A stretch of DNA of 64,000 nt, taken from an uncultured Prevotella sp. (GTDB lineage: Bacteria > Bacteroidota > Bacteroidia > Bacteroidales > Bacteroidaceae). The stretch lies in assembly GCA_900554695.1 (NCBI GenBank), contig USHV01000004.1:17159-81158 (forward strand), in the 5' to 3' direction. Under the pieces are notes generated by a model. The model made no database searches. It had not been told where the DNA came from and saw only the letters and a list, made by a program, of their open reading frames with translations. The position numbers were made by a program, and so were the translations under genes. Positions 55,260 to 64,000 of the stretch are shown here, one piece after another (the first letter of the stretch is position 1; each line of letters begins with the position of its first letter).

Positions 55260-57419
55260 TTAGAGTTTCACCTCAATGCCGTCAGTCAGATTGCCGCTTG
55301 CCTGGCGCACACCATTGTCTGTTATTACCTTGACTATCGCCATGTTTCCTGATTTCAGGCTCATGAGTCCGTCCTGTCCGGCAATCTTTACGACAACACT
55401 GTTGCCTTGTTTCTCGGCCACATACTTCTGCATGCAGTACTGTTTCTTCTGGAAGTCCCATCCGTCGCCGGCGTCCCAGTAGAGCTCGCCCTGCGCCTTG
55501 CCGTTCTCGTCGAGACATACGATCAGTGTCAGAGGGTCGAGAGACTCTTCGATGGTGTTCTGTATCACCTTTCCGGTCGGGATGATCGCGCCGCCGCGTA
55601 TTTTCAGGTTGGCCTGATATTTGTCTGTCTTGTCGCCGTCAACCAGTGAGAGTTCGCGCCAGATGCCTTTAGGATAGTTTGCTTTCTCTACGAATGCCGG
55701 TACCACCATGAGGTTGTCGCCTACGAGGAAATACTGCTCCTCGGCACGCAGCGACAGGTCTTTCGGGTCGGCGAAGAATGCCGGGCGCATGATAGGCATG
55801 CCATCGGTGGCAGCCTCGTGCATCAGTGTGTAGAAGTAAGGCAGCAGGATGTAGCGGCGCTCTATGGCTATGCGCGATGCCTTTTCCACTTCCGGACCGA
55901 ACGCCCATGGCTCCTTGTTGTTGGTGCCGGCGCAGGCATGACCGCGTGAGAAAGGATAGAACGCACCGAAACCAATCCAGTTTCCGAAGAGGTCGCCGTT
56001 GGCATTGAAGAGGAATCCGCCTATGTCGGCACCGCTTATCGGTTGTCCTGACAGGCCGAGTGTGAGCGACATCGGGATTGAAAGTTTCATATGTTCCCAT
56101 GTCGAACCGTTGTCGCCGGTCCATGTCGCGGCGTAGCGCTGACCTCCGAGAAAGTTGGAACGTGTGAGGATGAACGGACGTTTATCGGGACGTGCGCTCA
56201 ACATGCCTTCGCGTGACGACCTTACCATCAGCATGCCATACACGTTGTGATACTGCAGATGAGTGCCCTGCGGCAGGTCGCCGCCTCCGCGGTGTATGTT
56301 GTCCTCGGGCATTGTCTTGTTGGGTGTGTCGTTTATCTGTGGCTCGTTCACGTCGTTCCACACACCGTCAACGCCCTGAGCGAGGAAGTCTTTGTACAGT
56401 CCTGCCCACCATTTCTGTGCTTTCGGGTAGGTGAAGTCGGGGAATGCGGCTGCTCCCGGCCATGCGTCGCCGTGGAAATTCTCGCCTTTTGCGGTCTTAA
56501 CCCAGATATCGTTTTCGGTTCCTGACTTGTAAACGAAGTAGTCGGGATCTACTTTTGCGCCCGGGTCAATCATCCATGTGGAGTGGAATCCACGCAGATG
56601 GAGGTCGCGGTTTACGGCTTTCGGGTTAGGGAACTTCTCGGGACTGAATGTGAAAATGCGGTAGCCGTCCATGTAGTCGATATCCATCCAGATGGCATCA
56701 CACGGTATGCGCTTGTATCTGAATGTGTCGGCCACCTCGATGACACGGCTGTCCGGCTGATAGGAGAAGCGGCACTGATGATAGCCAAGAGCCCAACGCG
56801 GTATCATAGGTGTGGTGCCTGTGAGCTCGGCCAGTCCGCGAACGACAGCCTGCGGCGACTCTCTGTCGATGACAAACACTCTGAACGGTACGCCCTCGCT
56901 GCGCAGTTCAATCTTGTTGTCGGTGCAGCTGAGGATGGCTTTCCATGTCGTGTCGAACAGGATACCGAACGCCGTGCCGTCTTTTCTCACACCCATCATC
57001 CACGGATGCGACTGGTACAGACGTGTTCCGTTGTCCACACCGTAGGCTCCTGAGTCGGTGTTCCAAAGCTTGATTGTCTTTCCGTTTCTCAGCAATGGGC
57101 CAGTAACCTCACCTCCACCATACAGACTGGTGCCGTCGGGTACTCTTAGTACGGCATTTGCCTTGCCGTCCGTGGTGGAGAATTCCGGAATGAGTTTCCA
57201 TCCGGAAGGCAGCTTGCCCTGCTCCTGTGGTTCTTTTACTATTGCCAGCGAAGGAATCTTGCTTGCGTCATAGCCTTTCGGTATGAACTTCGCAATGCCG
57301 TTTCCAACCATTACGCTGCGCTTGATTTTTACATTTTTTGTGGCTGCCGAGACTGTTGCCGGTATGGCAATGAGAGCCAGACACGCCACAAAGAGCTTAA
57401 ATCTGAGATTGCTTTTCAT
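55260..57419 (-). CDS. GH31 alpha-glucosidase
   Basis: WMDIDYMDG, WNDVNEP nucleophile, WTGDN, GADIGGF; likely start MKSNLRF. Confidence 0.93.
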   Translation of the reverse strand: MKSNLRFKLFVACLALIAIPATVSAATKNVKIKRSVMVGNGIAKFIPKGYDASKIPSLAIVKEPQEQGKLPSGWKLIPEFSTTDGKANAVLRVPDGTSLYGGGEVTGPLLRNGKTIKLWNTDSGAYGVDNGTRLYQSHPWMMGVRKDGTAFGILFDTTWKAILSCTDNKIELRSEGVPFRVFVIDRESPQAVVRGLAELTGTTPMIPRWALGYHQCRFSYQPDSRVIEVADTFRYKRIPCDAIWMDIDYMDGYRIFTFSPEKFPNPKAVNRDLHLRGFHSTWMIDPGAKVDPDYFVYKSGTENDIWVKTAKGENFHGDAWPGAAAFPDFTYPKAQKWWAGLYKDFLAQGVDGVWNDVNEPQINDTPNKTMPEDNIHRGGGDLPQGTHLQYHNVYGMLMVRSSREGMLSARPDKRPFILTRSNFLGGQRYAATWTGDNGSTWEHMKLSIPMSLTLGLSGQPISGADIGGFLFNANGDLFGNWIGFGAFYPFSRGHACAGTNNKEPWAFGPEVEKASRIAIERRYILLPYFYTLMHEAATDGMPIMRPAFFADPKDLSLRAEEQYFLVGDNLMVVPAFVEKANYPKGIWRELSLVDGDKTDKYQANLKIRGGAIIPTGKVIQNTIEESLDPLTLIVCLDENGKAQGELYWDAGDGWDFQKKQYCMQKYVAEKQGNSVVVKIAGQDGLMSLKSGNMAIVKVITDNGVRQASGNLTDGIEVKL

Positions 57420-57781
57420 ACTATTATTTATTAATTGCATAATTGTCTCCTGTAATTTTTATGGTTGTTTCACGGCAAAAAAGGTTCTCGGTCGTAGGTA
57501 ATTTTACGCAAAGATACAGAAAATATTGGTAAAAGAAGCAGGTTTTTCAATGCAAAGCATCATAAAATGTGATTTTATCTGTCATATTGTTTAAAATACA
57601 TACTGCTAAGGTTGACATGTGTCAGAATGCAGTTTGACGCACATAATATAAAAACCGTGTCCGGACCCGGCATCATTCTGTAGCCTCGTTAAGGCTTTTA
57701 TTGATGCTGTAGGTCCGGACACGGTCGTGCTTTATCCACCTGTTTGTGGTGGATTATGATTATTCTCTCAGGCTGGAAACG

Positions 57782-59089
57782 TTAGTCTATCTCCTCGTCT
57801 GCCTCATATCCGCCCATCTCGCGGATGGCATTCTTCAGCATGGTGTATTGCTGGTAGAGGTTGTTCACGGCTTCCTCGCCCTTGGTGAAGTCGTGCATCG
57901 GACTCTTGAGGAAGAAGCTCAGGAAACGCTGTATGCCGTAACGGCCGGCGCGTGCAGCAAGGTCGCTGAGCAGACACAGGTCGAGAAGCAGTGGAGCAGC
58001 GAGGATGGAGTCGCGGCAGAGGAAGTTTATCTTTATCTGCATGGGGTAACCCATCCATCCGAAAATGTCGATGTTGTCCCATCCTTCCTTATTGTCGTTG
58101 CGTGGAGGATAGTAGTTTATGCGCACCTTGTGATAATAGTTGGTGTAGAGATCCGGCTGTTCTTCTGGTTTCAGAATTGTCTCGAGAGTTGACAGTTTGC
58201 TCACTTCCTTGGTGTGGAAGTTGGCCGGTTCGTCGAGCACGAGGCCGTCGCGGTTGCCGAGAATGTTGGTGGAGAACCATCCGCTCAGCCCGAGGCATCG
58301 TGTGCCGATGATTGGAGCGAATCCGCTCTTCACGAGAGTCTGTCCGGTCTTGAAGTCCTTTCCGGCGATAGGCATCTTGGTCTGCTCTGCCATTTCCCAC
58401 ATTGCCGGTATGTCAACTGTTGTGTTCGGCGCGCCCATTATGAACGGGGCACCCTCTGCCAGAGCCGCGTAGGCGTAGCACATAGACGGAGCCACGTGCT
58501 CGCGGTCGTCGTCTTTCATTGCCTTTTCGAGCGCGGCGAGAGTGCCGTGCACCTCTTCGCAGTAAGGCACATATATCTCAGTGGAAGCCGCCCAGATGAC
58601 AACGATGCGCTCGCACGCGTTCTTCTCCTTGAACTCGCGTATGTCCTGACGCAGCGCCTCGGTCATCTCCCAGCGTGTCTTGCAGTCTTTCACGTTGTCG
58701 CCGTCGAGACGTTTGGCGTAGTTCTTGTCGAAAGCAGCCTTCATCGGGACGATTTTCTCCAGCTCGTCGCGCACGGGTTCGATGTCCTTTTCCTTCAGAA
58801 CCTCGGCATACATGGCTGCCTGGTAGGCGTTCTGAGGATATACATCCCATGTTCCGAATACTATATCGTCGAGTTTGGCCAGTGGCACGATGTCGGCGTA
58901 GTGCAGATATTGCTTCTCGCTTCCTTTGCCTACGCGAATCTTGTCGTATTGAGTCATAGACCCGATGGGCTTAGTCAGTCCTTTGCGTGTCATGAGTACA
59001 CCGGTCATGAATGTCGTTGCCACGGCACCGCATCCTACGACCATGATTCCGAGTTTCCCGTTTGCGGGTCTAACGTTTGTCTGTTTCAT
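57782..59089 (-). CDS. ino1: myo-Inositol-1-phosphate synthase
   Basis: GKDFKTGQT, NILGNRDG, RDSILAAPL, FFLKSP. Confidence 0.92.
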   Translation of the reverse strand: MKQTNVRPANGKLGIMVVGCGAVATTFMTGVLMTRKGLTKPIGSMTQYDKIRVGKGSEKQYLHYADIVPLAKLDDIVFGTWDVYPQNAYQAAMYAEVLKEKDIEPVRDELEKIVPMKAAFDKNYAKRLDGDNVKDCKTRWEMTEALRQDIREFKEKNACERIVVIWAASTEIYVPYCEEVHGTLAALEKAMKDDDREHVAPSMCYAYAALAEGAPFIMGAPNTTVDIPAMWEMAEQTKMPIAGKDFKTGQTLVKSGFAPIIGTRCLGLSGWFSTNILGNRDGLVLDEPANFHTKEVSKLSTLETILKPEEQPDLYTNYYHKVRINYYPPRNDNKEGWDNIDIFGWMGYPMQIKINFLCRDSILAAPLLLDLCLLSDLAARAGRYGIQRFLSFFLKSPMHDFTKGEEAVNNLYQQYTMLKNAIREMGGYEADEEID

Positions 59090-59398
59090 TTTGTCGTGTT
59101 TTTAATTATTATGGGTTTATAATTTGTAATAATCAGGTATAACAGGCAGTCGCCGCTGCCATTGGAAAAACATTCCATAGCCCGCAAAGTTAATTATTAA
59201 AAACTTTACGGTGGTCCAAATATCTTGTTTTTTTATCATTAATTAGTAAAAATGAACTTCATTTTGTTTTTGCTGCATATACAAAAGTAATGAAACATTA
59301 AAAAAATGTTGTATCACTTTGTGTTGCCAAATTAAAATACTAACTTTGCAATCAGTTAGATAGATAAAACGAAACGTTTTAAGTAAATTTTAATAATT

Positions 59399-60409
59399 AT
59401 GGTAAACTACAAAGATTTAGGCTTGGTGAACACACGTGAGATGTTCAAGAGAGCCATTAATGGAGGTTATGCTATTCCTGCTTTCAACTTCAACAACATG
59501 GAGCAGCTGCAGGCTATTATCAAGGCTTCTTCTGAACTGAAGTCTCCGGTTATCCTTCAGGTTTCCAAAGGTGCGCGCAACTACGCAAACCAGACACTTC
59601 TGCGCTACATGGCTCAGGGTGCTGTTGAGTATGCAAAGGAACTCGGATGCAAGCATCCTGAGATCGTTCTGCACCTCGACCACGGTGACAGCTTCGAACT
59701 CTGCAAGAGCTGCGTGGACATGGGCTTCTCTTCAGTAATGATCGATGGTTCATCACTTCCATACGATGAGAACGTAGCACTGACAAAGAAGGTTGTTGAC
59801 TATGCTCATCAGTTCGACGTAACAGTTGAAGGCGAGCTCGGCGTTCTGGCCGGTGTTGAGGATGAGGTTGTTGCTGAGGAATCTCACTATACAAAACCGG
59901 AAGAAGTCATCGACTTCGTAACAAAGACAGGAGTTGACTCACTTGCCATCTCAATAGGTACAAGTCACGGTGCTTATAAGTTCAAACCGGAGCAGTGCAC
60001 ACGCGACCCGAAGACCGGTCGTCTTGTTCCTCCTCCATTGGCATTCGACGTTCTCGACGCTATCATGGAGAAACTGCCGGGATTCCCAATCGTACTCCAC
60101 GGATCTTCTTCAGTTCCACAGGAATATGTTGACATGATCAACCAGTACGGTGGTAAACTGCCTGACGCAGTTGGTATTCCTGAGGAGCAGCTCCGCAAGG
60201 CAGCCAAGAGCGCTGTTTGCAAGATCAACATCGACTCTGACTCTCGTCTGGCCTTCACGGCAGCCGTACGTAAGGTATTCGCTGAGAAACCGGGTGAGTT
60301 CGACCCGCGTAAGTACTGCGGACCGGCTCGTGACCTCATGATCCAGCTCTATGAGCACAAGATCAAAGAGGTTCTCGGATCTGACGGCAAGCTGGCTCAG
60401 CTCGACTAA
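59399..60409 (+). CDS. fba: Class II fructose-bisphosphate aldolase
   Basis: LHLDHG, SVMIDGS, GTSHGAYK, VLHGSS, KINIDSD; TAACTTTG at 59341. Confidence 0.96.
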   Translation: MVNYKDLGLVNTREMFKRAINGGYAIPAFNFNNMEQLQAIIKASSELKSPVILQVSKGARNYANQTLLRYMAQGAVEYAKELGCKHPEIVLHLDHGDSFELCKSCVDMGFSSVMIDGSSLPYDENVALTKKVVDYAHQFDVTVEGELGVLAGVEDEVVAEESHYTKPEEVIDFVTKTGVDSLAISIGTSHGAYKFKPEQCTRDPKTGRLVPPPLAFDVLDAIMEKLPGFPIVLHGSSSVPQEYVDMINQYGGKLPDAVGIPEEQLRKAAKSAVCKINIDSDSRLAFTAAVRKVFAEKPGEFDPRKYCGPARDLMIQLYEHKIKEVLGSDGKLAQLD

Positions 60410-60440
60410 TAACAACCGGGCATACCGGTAAAACAGATAT

Positions 60441-60489
60441 AAGTCCTTTTGCGCAAGCCTCTCGGGGCTGAGCAAAAGGGCTTTTTTTA
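60441..60489 (+). terminator. Intrinsic terminator after fba
   Basis: GTCCTTTTGC...GCAAAAGGGC followed by T7. Confidence 0.8.
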
Positions 60490-60758
60490 TGCTCATATAA
60501 TAACAATCGGTGTAATTGCTTTGTCTTTCATTCCCTTATATAAATTCTTGTGGAGAGGTTTGTCATGCGTGATAAATAATGTGTAGCAATGTCTTTGAAG
60601 CATTGCGGGAATCAAGAGATGTTCCTTATCTGTTTTTATAGGAAAGATCTGTTTTTAAACCGTTGTTATGATGTGATATTATTAATAATGAACATATGGT
60701 GTAGGTTTTATTTCAGAAACTCTTTTTCTCATTATGAAGCCGGCGGATGTGCAAACAT

Positions 60759-60799
60759 AAAAAAACGATGCACGCTGATAATGAGAGTGTGCATCGTTT
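60759..60799 (-). terminator. Terminator after the small peptide gene
   Basis: Minus strand AAACGATGCAC...GTGCATCGTTTTTTT. Confidence 0.75.
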
Positions 60800-60832
60800 G
60801 CGGGTTACCGACAGCTGGGATTTAGTATGTTG

Positions 60833-61048
60833 TTACCATTCCGTGGTCCACGACGAGTTGTTGTCTTTAGCTCCGATGTTGCCTTCGTCGAAGTCCGGGT
60901 CTGTATCCTCGCCCACACCTATTGATGGCGTATCTTCGTCTTGGTTTGGTCTCCATTGAAGTCCGTTGCTTCCGGCCAGTATCTCAGTGCCGATGATTCT
61001 TATGTCTTCTATTTTTGGTGCTGAATAAGTTTTCTTCATATCTATCAT
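60833..61048 (-). CDS. Small acidic peptide with MKKxYxxP...ILAGS N-terminus
   Basis: ATG overlaps the upstream stop (TAATG); alternative start 61039; terminator follows. Confidence 0.7.
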   Translation of the reverse strand: MIDMKKTYSAPKIEDIRIIGTEILAGSNGLQWRPNQDEDTPSIGVGEDTDPDFDEGNIGAKDNNSSWTTEW

Positions 61049-64000
61049 TATTTTATGATCAGTTTCTTTCCGTTGATGATATATATGCCTTCCGGCAGGT
61101 TGTCAGTATTCTCTATCTTTTGTCCGCTGATGTTGTATATGTGGCTGTCGGCATTTTCTATGTTGTCGGTGATGCAGTCAATGCCTGTCGCCGTGTTGTT
61201 TACGCTGAACTTTGCCAGTGGAGTGTCATCATCTGTCTTATACTCTATCCAGCAGCGGTATGCCTTCATCTCGTATTCTTTTGATGTGTGGAACAGATTG
61301 CCGTTGCTGAAGATATAGCAGTCTTTAGGCAGAGACTGGTCGTGGACGTAGCTTCCAAGATAGCTCAGCTCGGGAGTTTTCTCCGACGTCACCTTTATTA
61401 CTTTGTTTTTGTCGTTCGTCATCTGATAGTCCACGCCGGAATTCACGATGTATATCGGGCCCTGTACCACGCCGTCTTCTATTGACTGATACTGCTCGTC
61501 GGCAGGATGTTTCTCTGTTTCGGCTTTCTCAATGTAGATGATGTAAGGAATATTTTCCTTGAGATATGTGCCGTCTGATTCCTGTACGGTCTTGAAGTTT
61601 ATGATTCTGTTGTTGCCTTCATTTTTCACACAGTCAATTTCGGAGAGTTGGGCGCCGCTGCCGAATGCTTCATGGAACTGTTCTTCGGTGAGCGATACCG
61701 GCAGTACGAGTGAGTTCCACTTGTTGCCGTTGAATGTGCGGCGCAGTATCATGCGGCAGTTATTGTAGTCGTGGCTCTTCTCCAGGTCAACGGTCTCGTC
61801 AAGCACGAGTTCCTGAACGCATGGTTCCGGGTCGAGCTGGTCGGGCGTACCGTCCTGATTGTAGTCGTTGTTGATGGCCATGCCGTAGATGCCGAATGCG
61901 TTAAGGGCATCTAAGACTTTCACCTGCGTGAGCTTTATCTCATCGAACTCAAAAGGAGAGGTTATGCATATATAGCCTTTGGTGCCGGTGTAGCCGAGTA
62001 CGTTGGCATTGAGTACGTTGAACTCGGTGTCGCTGCTTGAGTTTGATGCTACTTTCTCACCGTTTCTGTAAAGCTCGAACTTGAAGACGTCAGCCAGTCC
62101 CAGACCGAGCAGGGCGTTGCCGTTGGTTGTCACGAGGACGAGTTGCTGTTTAGGTGAGATGGTCTTTCCTATCTTTACTGCCACAGTGGTGCCGTTGCCC
62201 ACAGTGATGCCTGTGGGGAATGTGTAGGCATTGTCGAGATCGTCGTCGATCAGGCGGGACAGGTCAGATGGTGTCGTTCCTACGTTGGCGACACTGAACG
62301 ATATTGTTTCCTTTGCGTCGATAGATGCTCCGGTGTTTTTCAGTGAAACTATTTTTGAGCCGAAGAGAGGATCGCTTTCGCCGTCGGTGTTATCGACAAA
62401 CGCGTAATAGATGTTCATCTGGTTCAGATCAAGACTGAGTACTCCGGATGTGTAGAGCACCATTGCGTCGAATTCGGTCCCGGCAGGAACGCTTACAGAG
62501 AATTTCACGCGCTGTGTGTTCTCGTTGCCTATGAGTCCTGTAGAGAGTACAGAGTTGTCTTTTATTATTCCGCTTCCCACTTCATCGCCGTTCTTATACA
62601 AGCGTATGTTGAGGAAGTCGAGCAGATTGGCGTTCAGAACATTGTTTCCGCCGGAAATGACAAATCCTGCCTTCACGGCTTTTGTTCCGTTGCTTATCAA
62701 GCCGTTTTTGGCCTTTACGCCTATAATGTTTGCGTTGGATAGCAGCTGTACGCCTCCTGTGTAGTAGGCATAGTCGCGTATTGATGGTGTGACGAGCGCG
62801 TTTGCATTGCTGAGATTGCTCAGCAGGCTGATGCCCCAACCTTCGCCGGTCATCACCTCATAGTTGTCGTTGTCGTTGCTGTTGGTGAGTGGTGTCTCTT
62901 CGAGTTTGCCGGCCGGTATGCCGTAGTTTATCACGACGTCTTCCGTGCAGCCGTCATCGGCTGTGGCTGTGAATACGTAACGTCCGCTATCGGTCAGCCC
63001 TGAAACCTCGCCGGTCTGTGCGTCAAGAGTGAATCCTGACTGTACTTCGCTTTTATTGCTGATGCTCCATGTGACGTTTATTGCCGGATTGTGTGACAGT
63101 TGGTAGTGATTGTCGCAGTCGCATATGTCGAGGTCGGCAGACGGGTTGATGTCGCAGTGATGCTGTCCTTTTTGCGGTTCCAGATCGATGAATGCGTATT
63201 TTGCTGATTTTCCACCCAGGTCAAGTCCTACACCGGCAAAATAGAACTTGGCTTCGGAGAAGTCCATGCCGGCCCGTACGGCAAATGTCGCGTCACCCAC
63301 TTTTGCCAACGCCACCTTCAGTACGTCTGTTGACAGAGTGTGTGTCTCTGTTTTACCGTTGACATCGGTAAGTGTTATTACTGCTGTAGTGCCTGCTCCG
63401 ATTTCGGCTATAGATCCCTGATTTATGACAAAGCCTACCTGTGTGCCGGCTGTGAACGGATTGGTACCGTTTTGGGCGACACCTTTCACGGCAACGCTTC
63501 CGTTTATTCCCAATGCCTCCAGAACGCTGAGGTCTGTAAGATTGTCGTTTATGAGATGATAACTGTTGCTGTGTCCAAGTCCATATGAGTTTGTCCAGTC
63601 GTCATTATTCCATTTTCCGTATGGCTCGACCTTTGTTCCGATATAATCGCTGTATGCCTGCATTCCGTTGTCGGACTTCTGTGTTATGGTGAAGTGACGG
63701 GCTTTTCCTGCGAATGCATATTTCACTTGTATGGCATTGGCCACATCAGCGCTGATGCCACCCACCTGCACTATTTGTATCTCGTCGAACTCGCCTGGCG
63801 CGTTGGCGTGTATCTCTCGGCTCATGTCTTCACCGCCTATCTGTATGAGCGAGATGTCAACTCCTGTGTTCATGTCTGAACTCACGGTCTCGCCGACATA
63901 CGAGTCGCCGGCGTCTTCTGGTTTGACGAGCTCGCCGTTCAGGTAGAATCTGATTTTGTAGATGCTCACTACGTCGATGCCGAGTATGGATGATGAACCG
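61048..64000 (-). CDS. Large secreted/surface protein with repeated beta-rich domains and T9SS-like C-terminus (5' end outside window)
   Basis: Frame open to the edge; recurring GFVI...L-rich segments; C-terminus ATGIDCI...IYNISGQKI...GIYIINGKKLIIK. Confidence 0.82.
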   Translation of the reverse strand, partial: GSSSILGIDVVSIYKIRFYLNGELVKPEDAGDSYVGETVSSDMNTGVDISLIQIGGEDMSREIHANAPGEFDEIQIVQVGGISADVANAIQVKYAFAGKARHFTITQKSDNGMQAYSDYIGTKVEPYGKWNNDDWTNSYGLGHSNSYHLINDNLTDLSVLEALGINGSVAVKGVAQNGTNPFTAGTQVGFVINQGSIAEIGAGTTAVITLTDVNGKTETHTLSTDVLKVALAKVGDATFAVRAGMDFSEAKFYFAGVGLDLGGKSAKYAFIDLEPQKGQHHCDINPSADLDICDCDNHYQLSHNPAINVTWSISNKSEVQSGFTLDAQTGEVSGLTDSGRYVFTATADDGCTEDVVINYGIPAGKLEETPLTNSNDNDNYEVMTGEGWGISLLSNLSNANALVTPSIRDYAYYTGGVQLLSNANIIGVKAKNGLISNGTKAVKAGFVISGGNNVLNANLLDFLNIRLYKNGDEVGSGIIKDNSVLSTGLIGNENTQRVKFSVSVPAGTEFDAMVLYTSGVLSLDLNQMNIYYAFVDNTDGESDPLFGSKIVSLKNTGASIDAKETISFSVANVGTTPSDLSRLIDDDLDNAYTFPTGITVGNGTTVAVKIGKTISPKQQLVLVTTNGNALLGLGLADVFKFELYRNGEKVASNSSSDTEFNVLNANVLGYTGTKGYICITSPFEFDEIKLTQVKVLDALNAFGIYGMAINNDYNQDGTPDQLDPEPCVQELVLDETVDLEKSHDYNNCRMILRRTFNGNKWNSLVLPVSLTEEQFHEAFGSGAQLSEIDCVKNEGNNRIINFKTVQESDGTYLKENIPYIIYIEKAETEKHPADEQYQSIEDGVVQGPIYIVNSGVDYQMTNDKNKVIKVTSEKTPELSYLGSYVHDQSLPKDCYIFSNGNLFHTSKEYEMKAYRCWIEYKTDDDTPLAKFSVNNTATGIDCITDNIENADSHIYNISGQKIENTDNLPEGIYIINGKKLIIK

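Overview
Prevotella/Segatella-like (Bacteroidales) chromosomal window, inferred from gene order and recurrent TAnnTTTG promoter elements. 1-27 kb is the core transcription/translation supercluster: rpoB (partial), rpoC, DUF3467-like gene, str, S10, spc and alpha operons through rplQ, including rpmD and rpmJ that the ORF track missed. 27-64 kb mixes housekeeping and accessory genes: rlpA, gdhA, metY, two decayed paralogous membrane-protein genes, secreted glycan-active proteins (GxGYxYP-like, DUF4185/DUF5005-like, GH63-like, GH31), a flavodoxin-family protein, a receiver/PPDK_N protein, a membrane-anchored MutS-like ATPase, anSME, SGNH hydrolase, sugar MFS, alkaline phosphatase, ino1, fba, and a large T9SS-type surface protein coupled to a small acidic YxxP peptide. 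The least explained signals are non-coding: (i) a dispersed ~460-bp intergenic element with 22-bp phased palindromic units and an IHF-like motif; (ii) an alternating 66/88-bp hairpin array at 38.8-39.1 kb; (iii) two convergent paralogous ~60-nt candidate sRNA genes flanking the MutS-like gene. No rRNA, tRNA, transposase or cas genes were seen. All family assignments are by eye, without database searches.
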